Source: Polyangiales bacterium
Lineage (GTDB): Bacteria > Myxococcota_A > Polyangia > Polyangiales > Houyiibacteriaceae
Reading direction: 5' to 3'
Assembly: GCA_045106895.1 (NCBI GenBank)
Contig: JBGCFM010000104.1
Coordinates: 1 to 64,000, forward strand
Length of the DNA stretch: 64,000 nucleotides
A model generated the notes under the pieces. The model searched no databases and was not told the origin of the DNA. It was given only the letters and a program-made list of their open reading frames with translations. The stretch's first letter is position 1. Each line of letters opens with the position of its first letter. Below, one piece after another: positions 45,003 through 54,062 of this stretch. The position numbers were made by a program, and so were the translations under genes.

Positions 45003-45179
45003 CTACTGCGGGTGCTCGAAGGTAGCCAGGCGTCTCCCCTCGCGTTCCTTCAGACGCGAACGCTGTTCCTGAAGCGTCTGCGACTCCAAGCGCCCCTTTT
45101 CGCTGTTCGACTTGTGCGGCTTGCAAAGCAAGCAACCCGCGCGCCGGTCTTTCGTTCGCTTTCGTTTGTGATGTGCCAT
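45003..45179 (-). CDS. Small basic CxxC protein, 58 aa (below the ORF-track cutoff)
   Basis: MAHHKRKRTKDRRAGCLLCKPHKSNSEKGRLESQTLQEQRSRLKEREGRRLATFEHPQ*, preceded by GGAAAGG. Confidence 0.7.
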   Translation of the reverse strand: MAHHKRKRTKDRRAGCLLCKPHKSNSEKGRLESQTLQEQRSRLKEREGRRLATFEHPQ

Positions 45180-45353
45180 CGAGAGCCTTTCCGCCGCGAG
45201 GTCGCGGCTAGGTTATGCTCTCTCCAGACGGGTAACTGGTTCGGTCCATCGCCTCACCATAGCCAGCCCGCGCTCCACGGCGCAAACGTGTCATCGTTCC
45301 ACTCGTTGAAGTCGCCCAACGACGACCTCACTCATCTTCACACCAAGAACGGC

Positions 45354-46142
45354 CTACGGCTCGCATCCGCCGTCGACGCACGTTCCCGTCCGGCAATATC
45401 CATCCGGGGAAAAGTCCGAACAATCCGCCACGCAGGTGCCCGCGTCGCACGATTCTTGGAGAAAGCACCAGCCGTCGGGCGCGCCTGCGCTGCACGCGGG
45501 CAAACAGTCACCGGCGAGGCATAAGAACCCTTCGTCACACCGGCCGATGATGGCGGCGTCGCTGCACGTCGCCACGGGGGCCGTGACCCGTGTGCCCTCG
45601 GGGGTAAAGATCAGCTCGACGGGTTCGCCGAAGCCGCTCGCCGCGGGAAACGATACCCGGCACAAGAGGCCCCGCGAGTCCGTGACTCGCAGAGACTCAC
45701 TGCAAAGAGCATTTGCCGCCGGCCGGTCGAAGGGAATGCCTGGAACTTCCGCGCCGCCGTCGAAGCGGAGGAAAAAGCGTTCCGGCGCCGTGGCCACCGG
45801 TGGCCCAGACAAGACAGCGACGAGGACGTTCATCTCGTAGAAGCCGTCGAGCAAACGCAGCTGATGAGCCGCGAGACGGATGGAGTCCGCCGGTCGCGCG
45901 CTGTCGACGCCCACGTCCGTTATCCCCACGACATCACCGGAAGCGTCACCGGCCAAAGCGGAGTCCGTCGCAGCGGCGTCCATCACCACCACATCTTGGA
46001 GCGTCAGCGCGTCCTCCGCGACCATTGCGTCGAGTCCGACATCCGCTTCGCGGGCGTCCGCGAGCGCAGCGTCCGGGTCTGCGATGGCGAAGTCCTCTCG
46101 GCACCCGGAGAGAACGAAGAGCAAAAGAAGGAGCCTGCGCAT
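45354..46142 (-). CDS. Hypothetical lipoprotein with Cys-rich C-terminal repeats
   Basis: VLSGC lipobox, Asp/Ala linker, repeated C-x-x-G-x-C motifs. Confidence 0.75.
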   Translation of the reverse strand: MRRLLLLLFVLSGCREDFAIADPDAALADAREADVGLDAMVAEDALTLQDVVVMDAAATDSALAGDASGDVVGITDVGVDSARPADSIRLAAHQLRLLDGFYEMNVLVAVLSGPPVATAPERFFLRFDGGAEVPGIPFDRPAANALCSESLRVTDSRGLLCRVSFPAASGFGEPVELIFTPEGTRVTAPVATCSDAAIIGRCDEGFLCLAGDCLPACSAGAPDGWCFLQESCDAGTCVADCSDFSPDGYCRTGTCVDGGCEP

Positions 46143-46247
46143 CGAATTCGCATAGCTGAAACGCGTACTCCAACAAGGTCTCGTCGTAGGGGTGGCGGGT
46201 CTAAGATCGCGCGCAACGTTCAGCCGTTTGTCAAAAGTCCGAGGCTT

Positions 46248-46631
46248 TTATCGGTCACGGCGAAACGCTTCGTGGATGTAGCTATCGTCATGGGGTGGGA
46301 GGGCGTCTTCCCTCGCTTGTTCCTGCCGTAGATGCACAATCTCAGCGCAGTTCTCGACGCCATGGGCATCCAGCAGTTGCTGAAGATTCTCAATGGCGCG
46401 GTGGCCGTCTGCATCTGCATGGATCCGGTTCAGTTCAGCCAAGGTATCTACGTTCGTGATGCGTTCGTGGCGCCACGAAATTAGGCCGTACATGGTTTGG
46501 CGCCACTCTTCCGGCATCGTGTCACGGGACGAACAGTACTCTCGCAAGGCGTCCGGTGCGGACTGCGAACATCCAAGCGAGACCAAGAGTAGTAACGGAA
46601 TGAAGGCTCGAAGATCGAAGTACATGTTCAT
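46248..46631 (-). CDS. Hypothetical lipoprotein
   Basis: LLLVSLGC lipobox; locally lower GC. Confidence 0.6.
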   Translation of the reverse strand: MNMYFDLRAFIPLLLLVSLGCSQSAPDALREYCSSRDTMPEEWRQTMYGLISWRHERITNVDTLAELNRIHADADGHRAIENLQQLLDAHGVENCAEIVHLRQEQAREDALPPHDDSYIHEAFRRDR

Positions 46632-46750
46632 ACCAACGGCGGGGCGCTCGTCGGCAGAATGCCTCGAAACGAATCTGGGCAGAAGCTCCGCGCATCACTC
46701 GAGCAGAAACGCCCGCTGCGAATCGGCGCCTTAGGGGGTAGAGTTTGACG

Positions 46751-47155
46751 ATGAGCACTCAGGCTTCGCAGACGACGCAGTTTTGGTTGGCCCACTTCGA
46801 GTCGGAGGAAACTCGGTCCGAGTTCTTCGAGGAGCGCTTCGGCCAGGACGACGACGACGCGCCAGTGTCGAGGTTCGTGGGAAGCCAGCAACAACGATGG
46901 CTCGATCACGACTTCACTGAAATCCATCATTCCGACTCGCTGGCAGCAGCCCTTCAGTCGCTTCAGACCTACGCTAAGGACCCAAGCTGGATCGATAGAG
47001 TGAATGCGAGCTTTGGCAGCCACAGCAAGTCCGGCTGCTTTGCCCTCGTCTTGTCCTCATACGACTCTAAATCCCGGGGAATCAGGCGACCGCAATCCGC
47101 CCGAGACGAGGGTGTGCAGCTGCTCTTTCTGGGCGAAACCGCGAGCCCGTTCTAG
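46751..47155 (+). CDS. Immunity protein 22 (Imm22)-like
   Basis: FWLAHFESEE..SEFFEE...VSRF..SQ..RWLDHDFTE and LLFLG resemble the Imm22 pattern. Confidence 0.7.
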   Translation: MSTQASQTTQFWLAHFESEETRSEFFEERFGQDDDDAPVSRFVGSQQQRWLDHDFTEIHHSDSLAAALQSLQTYAKDPSWIDRVNASFGSHSKSGCFALVLSSYDSKSRGIRRPQSARDEGVQLLFLGETASPF

Positions 47156-47991
47156 CGCCCCGGAACGCGGGCCAGGCCAGGGCACTCGGAGCGGGCCAAG
47201 GGAAGAGCGAACCGATAGCGTACTTGGGTGTCCGTGCCGCTGGAGGGAGGAAACTCGAGGGAACGGATTTCGCTCATCGCGCAGGCGACGCGTTCTGAAT
47301 CGGCGTCACCGTGGATGAGAGCGACGGTGCCGATTCCCCCGCTTGCAGGCGCGTCGATCTCAAACGTCAGCGCTACGTTCGCGTCGGCGCTCCCTTCGAC
47401 CTCTCCGGCGAGACACGACTCGATGCGCAGGCGAGCCCGCCGAATGAGACGCTCCACCTCTCGCTCCGAGAGGGGTCCGGTTACGCTGACAAGTCGGCTG
47501 TGCACACTCGTCGGGCGCGGGCGCGATCGACAAACCCCCGCATCACAAAAAGCCTCCAGGGGCGAATAGCCACCACCACATTCTGTGGCCAGATCGCCCA
47601 GGTCGCGCGTCCCGTCGTCGCAAGCCGAGTTCCCCTCGCAGAACTCGGCGAGGCGCGTCGCGAACTCACAGTTGTAAGCGAAGGCCGGCGGTCCGCAGCG
47701 ATGGTCCGCGCAGCTCCGATAGTCCGTCCGCAGCAACACACATTGCGTGTCGCCTTCGCAGCCCGAGCGCTGAACTTCCACCGTGCCCCCTATGCCACAT
47801 GCACCGACGGACGACTCAGGCTGAGCGTTGCTCTCTTCCTCCTCGTTGGAACGGTGCTCCGCATTCGACGCAGGCTCCATGCTCAACGCGGCTTCAGGGT
47901 TCGCCTCGGAGGTCTCGCGCCCGTCCGAAGCCGGTCTGCCGTCGCAGCCGAGATGCAAGACCAGGAACGATAGAAACCCAAGTCGAAGCAT
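47152..47991 (-). CDS. Lipoprotein with Cys-rich region and AgmX/PglI (TonB-C-like) C-terminal domain
   Basis: LHLGC lipobox; LSEREVERLIRR...IESCL...VACAMSEIRSLEFP...VRYRF. Confidence 0.7.
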   Translation of the reverse strand: MLRLGFLSFLVLHLGCDGRPASDGRETSEANPEAALSMEPASNAEHRSNEEEESNAQPESSVGACGIGGTVEVQRSGCEGDTQCVLLRTDYRSCADHRCGPPAFAYNCEFATRLAEFCEGNSACDDGTRDLGDLATECGGGYSPLEAFCDAGVCRSRPRPTSVHSRLVSVTGPLSEREVERLIRRARLRIESCLAGEVEGSADANVALTFEIDAPASGGIGTVALIHGDADSERVACAMSEIRSLEFPPSSGTDTQVRYRFALPLARSECPGLARVPGR

Positions 47992-48139
47992 CGAAAACAC
48001 ACTAGCGTTTAAGCGGCAAAAACAAAGCGATCGAATGGTTCTACGCAAATCCACAAAACGCGACTCAGACGTCTTGGGACTCGCCGACAAGGAGCTTTCA
48101 GCATTTGGAGAACGACCGGTCACGCGCTATTAAGTCGCC

Positions 48140-50320
48140 ATGTTGAATCAACGGCTGCGACGGCCCCTCTCCGCACTCGCCTTCCTCCTACTCGTCACCG
48201 CCTGCGGCGATGATGACGGCGGCACAAGCGACGGCGGCATGAGCGATGGCGCCGTGAGCGATGCCGTGAGCGATTCGTCTCCAGGTATCGACGCGCCCGG
48301 CGACCCCTGTAACGGAGTGCCCGCCGAGGAGCGCTGCACCGAGACCCAATGTGAAGGCGCGACGCTCGCGATATGCGAAGCCAACGAAGCGGGTTGTCTT
48401 GTGCGACAAGACGTCAACTGCGCGGCGACCACGGGCGGACATTGCGACCCGATGTCCCGTTCTTGTCTGGGCGGCGAGTGTGGAGATGTACCAGCGTGTC
48501 GGAGCAGTAGCGAATGCGACGGCGACAACTTGGTCGGCTGCGCACCCGATGCCTTGGGCTGTCTCGAAGAGACATCCACGGACTGCGCGGCGACGGGACT
48601 CGAGTGCCGAGTCAGCGCAGCGGGCGCGACCTGCGTCCCTTCCAGCGGATGCAACCACGAGTGTGATGTCGTGGGCCTGTCCTGCGAGAGGTTCGCGGTG
48701 CTTACCTGCAGCGAGAACGCGTCCGGTTGCCGTCGCCTGGAGCGAGACGCTTGCGGACTCGGATGCACGGAAGAGCCGACGCCGAGGTGTCTGGGCGACG
48801 AGGCCTCCGAATGCGGAGACTCCGTCGTGGAAGGGGACGAAACGTGCGACGACGGCAATGCAGCCGCGGGCGATGGCTGCTCCAGCTTCTGCGCCGTGGA
48901 AGCCGGCTACGTCTGCGAAGACGGCACGGACTGCCGATTGAGCTGCGGTGATGGCAGCGTCAACGGCGACGACGAGTGCGACGATGGCGGCACCGCGGAC
49001 GGCGACGGTTGCTCATCCAGCTGCACCGTCGAGGCGGGTTACACCTGCGAAGACACCGGCGCAGGCAGCGTCTGCTCGCTCAGCTGTGGCAATGGCATCC
49101 GAGAGGCGGGCGATGAATGCGACGACGGCGGGAACGTGGACGGCGACGGTTGTTCGGCAACCTGCGAACTTGAGGCCGGTTTCACTTGCCAGGGCGACGA
49201 ACCCACCCGTTGCGCCGTCAACTTCGCGGTTGATGACGGGATCCTCGAGGACACGGACGAGCCGTGGACTCGCCCGACCGAAGAGTGCGGCGCGTCCAGC
49301 ACCGACACTGTGTTCGACTCTTTCTCCTACACCAACACAACGCCCGATACGCAGCGGGTGTCCGTGCTGGCGGACTTCGATTTCGATGGCTACCTCTTCG
49401 TTTTCGATGCCGCGCCCGACGGAGACAACCCATTGACCGCTTGCCGCGCCGGGGACGATGACTTTGGCGACATCAGCGCAGCACGTGTCACCGCCATCGT
49501 GGTGCCAGCAGGCGAGACGATTCACGTCGTGATCTCTTCCTACGAGAGCGGCCGCGGCAACTACTCGTTCGCCATCTACGACAGTGCGTTCGCCTGTGGC
49601 AACGACATCATCGAAGCTTCCTCGGGTGAACGCTGTGACGATGGAAACCGCACCGACGGCGACGGTTGCTCGGCGATCTGCGGGGTCGAAGCCGGCTACA
49701 CTTGCGCCGGCGAACCCTCCACATGCCGCCTCACGGTGTGCGGAGATGGCTTCGTCGAAGGCGGCGAAGCATGCGACGACGGCAACGAGGTCGTGGACGA
49801 TGGCTGCACTTTGTGTGTGCAGGATGCTGGGTACTTTTGCTCCGGACAGCCGAGCTCCTGTGAACCCCAGGTATGCGGCAACTCCATCGTCGAGGCCGGA
49901 GAAGTCTGCGACCACGGCGGGATCGTGGGGGCCGACGGGTGCGCAGCAGATTGCTTCAGCGCGGTGTTCACCGGCTCATTGAACGCCGCCAGCCCACTCT
50001 GGGACCGCCCCGGTCAGAGCTGCACGGGCTCGAGCATTGGCCACCACTACGGGGTGTTTCCCTTCGAGTGGGAGGGCGCGGCGGACGCCAGTCTTCTTTG
50101 GACCGTCGAATGGTCCGGAGTAGATGGCTACCTGCACATCTACGACGGTTTCGATGCCGCCATGCCCATGGACGGCTGCCTCATCGGCAACGACGACGCT
50201 GGAAGACGCTCACGCAGCCAAGTGCGCCAGTCCATTGGCAGCGGAGAAACCCAAGAGGCCATCCTCTCCACGTACGAAGCAGGCGACACCGGCGACTGGA
50301 CCTTGACTATCTCTCGCTAA
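48140..50320 (+). CDS. Surface lipoprotein with Myxococcus cysteine-rich (DUF4215-type) repeats
   Basis: VTAC lipobox; six CG[DN]...E.CD[DH]G...DGC repeats; two related DGYL..[FY]D...C..G.DD beta domains. Confidence 0.9.
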   Translation: MLNQRLRRPLSALAFLLLVTACGDDDGGTSDGGMSDGAVSDAVSDSSPGIDAPGDPCNGVPAEERCTETQCEGATLAICEANEAGCLVRQDVNCAATTGGHCDPMSRSCLGGECGDVPACRSSSECDGDNLVGCAPDALGCLEETSTDCAATGLECRVSAAGATCVPSSGCNHECDVVGLSCERFAVLTCSENASGCRRLERDACGLGCTEEPTPRCLGDEASECGDSVVEGDETCDDGNAAAGDGCSSFCAVEAGYVCEDGTDCRLSCGDGSVNGDDECDDGGTADGDGCSSSCTVEAGYTCEDTGAGSVCSLSCGNGIREAGDECDDGGNVDGDGCSATCELEAGFTCQGDEPTRCAVNFAVDDGILEDTDEPWTRPTEECGASSTDTVFDSFSYTNTTPDTQRVSVLADFDFDGYLFVFDAAPDGDNPLTACRAGDDDFGDISAARVTAIVVPAGETIHVVISSYESGRGNYSFAIYDSAFACGNDIIEASSGERCDDGNRTDGDGCSAICGVEAGYTCAGEPSTCRLTVCGDGFVEGGEACDDGNEVVDDGCTLCVQDAGYFCSGQPSSCEPQVCGNSIVEAGEVCDHGGIVGADGCAADCFSAVFTGSLNAASPLWDRPGQSCTGSSIGHHYGVFPFEWEGAADASLLWTVEWSGVDGYLHIYDGFDAAMPMDGCLIGNDDAGRRSRSQVRQSIGSGETQEAILSTYEAGDTGDWTLTISR

Positions 50321-50334
50321 AGCAGTCCGCTCGG

Positions 50335-50658
50335 TCAGCCAAGACCGAGCGCGACACAGGCTTCCTCGAGTTGCTCCTCCGTCGCCTCCGAATCGGCGTC
50401 GATGGGATGGAGCCACCAATCGAGAAGGCTCGCGTCCCAGCCAGCAGGTGCGGGAACGAGGGTCTCGACGTAGCGCTGCCGCGGTTGACGTTCGAGGGCG
50501 ACGAGCCAACCCCAGAACAGAGTCAGGTAGTCCTCCCCGCCCCCCATTCGCCAGGCGACGGCCCCTGGCGGGAAGTCAGGAAAGACAACCCACGGCGGCG
50601 GTAGCTTCCCTTCGACTCCCTGGCGAGCTCGTTCAACGAGGTCCTCCGGAATTCGCAT
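50335..50658 (-). CDS. Small protein with PPW...WRMGxGEDY motif (resembles a module found N-terminal to some NADAR proteins)
   Basis: LPPPWVVFPDFPPGAVAWRMGGGEDYLTLFWGW...PAPAGW. Confidence 0.7.
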   Translation of the reverse strand: MRIPEDLVERARQGVEGKLPPPWVVFPDFPPGAVAWRMGGGEDYLTLFWGWLVALERQPRQRYVETLVPAPAGWDASLLDWWLHPIDADSEATEEQLEEACVALGLG

Positions 50659-50717
50659 CCGGCAGCTTAGCATCGGACGCGCTTGCGACAGCCCTCGCGA
50701 ATGTGCATAGACACGTG

Positions 50718-51032
50718 ATGGCGAACGAGGGAAAGCCAGAGCTACTTGAGCACAACGGGCGCTCCCTCACGCCGCGTGAGTGGGCGGCTGAGTTTGAGAT
50801 GAGCGTCCGAGACTTCGACGTGGTCCGTCAGCGCGGAATTCCCCTCGCTGATCTCGAGGGAGGGTGGCGCGCGGACCCAGAGTGGCCACGACACGTCCAA
50901 TGGAACCACGGCAAAGTTCTCCGTCTGCGAGACCTGCACGCCCGCGGTGACTCCATCGGACAGCTGAGCAGGCTGATGGGCTGCACCGTTGGCTCCGTCG
51001 TGTCGAAGCTGCGAGGGTTGGGCCTTCTGTGA
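50718..51032 (+). CDS. Small double-HTH-like protein with GcrA-like C-terminal segment
   Basis: LEHNGRSLTPREWAAEF plus WNHGKVLRLRDLHARGDSIGQLSRLMGCTVGSVVSKLRGLGL. Confidence 0.6.
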   Translation: MANEGKPELLEHNGRSLTPREWAAEFEMSVRDFDVVRQRGIPLADLEGGWRADPEWPRHVQWNHGKVLRLRDLHARGDSIGQLSRLMGCTVGSVVSKLRGLGLL

Positions 51033-51132
51033 TCGTCGTCTACGCGCCCTCCCAAACGGTGAGCATCCGCAAGCGCGCTTGAGGGTTCACGATCACGTGC
51101 GCACGCGCAGCCGGCGATGGTAGACGCGAGGC

Positions 51133-51405
51133 ATGAATAACAAGATTCTCCTCGCCCTCTTCTTCGGTGCTGTCGTTGGCTGCGTCGCGAACGAAGCCGT
51201 TCGCGCAGGTACCGTCACTGCTCAAGCCACCCCTGGTACATCTGCACCGGGTCAGTTCCGAGAGTGTGTTGCCTATGTGATCGGCCATGACTCGGATCCT
51301 GAGGACCTCGCTGCAAATGCGGAGCCGTTGCCTTCTGGCTGGACTGCGGTTGGCGGTGGCGGGATTGGCAATCGGAGCGTCCCCTCCGTCATTCTTTGCC
51401 GCTGA
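51133..51405 (+). CDS. Small secreted hypothetical protein
   Basis: MNNKILLALFFGAVVGC signal/lipobox; GW..VGGG...ILCR. Confidence 0.7.
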   Translation: MNNKILLALFFGAVVGCVANEAVRAGTVTAQATPGTSAPGQFRECVAYVIGHDSDPEDLAANAEPLPSGWTAVGGGGIGNRSVPSVILCR

Positions 51406-51510
51406 CTCGATCTCGCTCAGTGCGAGCCGGCCAGAAACGCGTTTGGCCCGCTGATGTTTCCATCAAGCGGGCCAAGTCACGTTCATCCTTTTGGGTACAG
51501 GATTCTATTT

Positions 51511-51587
51511 TGGTCGGGGCGGCCAGATTCGAACTGACGACTTCATGCTCCCAAAGCAAGCACTCTACCAGGCTGAGTTACGCCCCG
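51511..51587 (-). tRNA. tRNA-Pro(TGG)
   Basis: CGGGGCG TA ACTC AGCCTGGTA GAGT G CTTGC TTTGGGA GCATG AAGTC GTCAG TTCGAAT CTGGC CGCCCCG ACCA: full cloverleaf with encoded CCA and one U-U mismatch in the anticodon stem. Confidence 0.97.
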
Positions 51588-51662
51588 AACGCCGGTTATC
51601 TAGCAGGGGTTTGACCGACGACAAGGACGAAATGAGGAAAAGTTCCGTTCTTTGAAGAACCC

Positions 51663-51917
51663 TCAGACTGCGAGCTCTTCTTCGCTCAATGCCCAGCGGA
51701 TCCAGAGGGCTGCAAGGCTCTCCATGACGTCCCCGAGGACCACAATTACGCGGTGCGGGCCGTCTTTGACGACCATCACGTCTTCGAAGGGGGAGTCTTT
51801 CTTGGTGAAGACCTGAATTCCGAGGCTCTCGGCCCGGGCGATCACATCGCCGAGGGCGCCGGAGCCGTCGGTGGGCCGAACGCGTCGGGCGGGGCGTGAG
51901 TCGTTGTCGTCCTGCAT
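51663..51917 (-). CDS. Hypothetical protein, 84 aa
   Basis: Compact ORF with plausible composition upstream of the tRNA. Confidence 0.55.
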   Translation of the reverse strand: MQDDNDSRPARRVRPTDGSGALGDVIARAESLGIQVFTKKDSPFEDVMVVKDGPHRVIVVLGDVMESLAALWIRWALSEEELAV

Positions 51918-51996
51918 GCATCAGGAACGCGCGCGCCGGGGTGGTGATTCCCTGGCAGGTGTCGAATTTGTGGGGCCGACGTTCCGCGCCGGGGCG

Positions 51997-53976
51997 TCAC
52001 GGCCGAATAGACGTGTATTCCCAGCGGTCGACGAAGCCGTCAAAGTCGGGGTCTGCGGAGGAGATGCTGGACGAGAGCGTGTAGAGGTCTTCGCCGGGGT
52101 CTCCGATGGCGCTCATCGTCACAATCTGGGGATCTGCGTGGTTGTCCGCCGTGAAGGTGAGCTCGCTCGGGGAGACCATGACGACGTCGGGGTTGTCCGT
52201 CGTGATGCGAACGACGACATCTTCCGTGGGCGCGTTGGCAAAGGAGATGCTGACGGTGCCGCTCTCGCTCGGCGTGACAGACACGCTCTCGGCGGATTCA
52301 GGGATGACGCGCAACCCTGGGGCGCGCCGACGCAGGTACATCATCGTCCATGCCGTCTCGTAACCGGTGCGGTGAGCGACCCAGCGTTTCCAGTCATCCG
52401 ACGCGGTGTCTTCTGGCTCGTCGGCGAGGCCGCAGTGACCCGTCAAGACGGTGTAGAGGAACGCGCCGCTGGCGCGGTTGAGGTCTCCGCCCATGTGCGT
52501 CCGGTCCCGGTAGGCGGTGAAGGGCTCGGCGTCTGGGTTGGCCAAGCCATGGGCTTCACGCGCTTGGGCGAACATCGCGCGAATCGGCAGGGAGCGGCTC
52601 TCCGGCAGCTGGTCGTTGTCCGCCATGTACAGAGCGATGGCCAAGTCCGTGGCACGTGGATCGGACCCGACGCGTGGGTCCATGGCGTAGCGCATCGTCG
52701 TGTCGCCGCCGTTCGGCATTCCGTCGGCGTCTCGGCCGTGATGAAACGGAAGACCAAAGGAGTAGTCGAAGCGCGAAGGGTCATGTTGATAGCGCTTGTC
52801 GTCTTCGTAGTAGGAGTTGGCGCGGCCGTAGTTGAAGTGGGCGAAGGGCGCGTCGTCGGGGACTTCGATGAAGTTGACGTTCACGCCGGCTCCGCGGAAG
52901 CCGCCGCGGATGCCCGCTTCGGTGCTCGTTCCGGTCTGGTGATAGAGGATCGGACGGGCAGCGACTGCCCCCGGCGCGAAGGCCGACGCATGGGTTCGTA
53001 GCCCACTGAAGTGCGACTCCATGGCGGCGGCGAGGCCCACGTTTTCGGCGACATCTGCGATCCCGTCGTTCATCGTGTAGCCCGACTCCGACGCGCTCCG
53101 TTCATAGAGCTGGGCGTAGATACCGGCGGCGGCGAGGTAGGCGCCATTGGGCGTTGGGTGAACGTCCGCTGTGTCTTGGTCGGCGGCGGGGAGCGCGTCC
53201 CAGGCAAGGCCCGCGGGCACGACGCGCATTCGCTCGGCGGCGCCGTCCGCGGCGCGGTAGGTGAACTCTTCGAGCTGCGCGACGCTCGCGTCCATGCCGC
53301 CGCTCGGCCACACCATCAACAGCCGCGGCTCCGCGTTGCCGGCGCGCACCATCTCCGCGACCTTGTTGACGCCGAGGGCAAAGTAGCCGGGCGTCCCGGC
53401 GACGATTCGTGGGTCCGACGCGATGATCACGTGGTCCCAGTCGACGTCGCCTTCGCCGCGTAGGTTTGCGTGTCGTGCGGCCTCTCCCTCGGGCCAGTAA
53501 TAATACTGCAGCATGGAGTGGACGCGGTAGCCCGTGTCGTCGTTGACGGAGGCGGTCCTCACGATGTCTTCGGCGACGACGCTGACCGGCATCGTGATCT
53601 CGGGGTCAGCGCGTAGAATGCTCTCGAGCTCCACCGCGACGTTGCCCGGCGCGAACTCGTCACCGCCGCGTACGCCGCGGGTGGTGCCCAACACGAGGAT
53701 GTTCACTTCGCCATCGCCGTTGAAGTCCGGCCGCTCGGCACCGAACGTCGGCCCGCCATCCCCAGCGTCGCCCGCTCCGCCATCTCCGGGCGCCCCGCCG
53801 TCACGCGACATACCGCCGTCTTCAGAGCCGCCGACATCTCCGGCCCGACCGTCGACGCTTCCGTCGCTCGCCGCTCCGACGTCGGCTTCGGTGTCATCAT
53901 CGCCACACCCCACGCAGAGCGCGCAGATAAACAAGGACATGGTCAGCGTCGTTCGAGAAGGTCGCTTGATGGCCAT
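51997..53976 (-). CDS. Lipoprotein with SGNH-like domain and C-terminal Ig/Calx-beta-like domain
   Basis: CVGC lipobox, AGGAG RBS, DGG linker; VVPAGLAW...DVHPTPNGAYLAA; VSPSELTFTADN. Confidence 0.75.
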   Translation of the reverse strand: MAIKRPSRTTLTMSLFICALCVGCGDDDTEADVGAASDGSVDGRAGDVGGSEDGGMSRDGGAPGDGGAGDAGDGGPTFGAERPDFNGDGEVNILVLGTTRGVRGGDEFAPGNVAVELESILRADPEITMPVSVVAEDIVRTASVNDDTGYRVHSMLQYYYWPEGEAARHANLRGEGDVDWDHVIIASDPRIVAGTPGYFALGVNKVAEMVRAGNAEPRLLMVWPSGGMDASVAQLEEFTYRAADGAAERMRVVPAGLAWDALPAADQDTADVHPTPNGAYLAAAGIYAQLYERSASESGYTMNDGIADVAENVGLAAAMESHFSGLRTHASAFAPGAVAARPILYHQTGTSTEAGIRGGFRGAGVNVNFIEVPDDAPFAHFNYGRANSYYEDDKRYQHDPSRFDYSFGLPFHHGRDADGMPNGGDTTMRYAMDPRVGSDPRATDLAIALYMADNDQLPESRSLPIRAMFAQAREAHGLANPDAEPFTAYRDRTHMGGDLNRASGAFLYTVLTGHCGLADEPEDTASDDWKRWVAHRTGYETAWTMMYLRRRAPGLRVIPESAESVSVTPSESGTVSISFANAPTEDVVVRITTDNPDVVMVSPSELTFTADNHADPQIVTMSAIGDPGEDLYTLSSSISSADPDFDGFVDRWEYTSIRP

Positions 53977-54062
53977 TCTGGGCTCTCCTATTTCGGGGCT
54001 GCACGCCTCGCACATGTACGAGACTTGCACAGTGTCGCCGAATAAGGACAACTACGCCAGGG

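Noticed and set aside
45225..45262. Fluoride riboswitch (GGCGATGG on the - strand)
   Set aside because: The downstream pairing segment of the consensus is missing and there is no fluoride-related gene.
44850..51587. Intact prophage or integrative element at tRNA-Pro
   Set aside because: No integrase, att duplication or structural phage genes seen.
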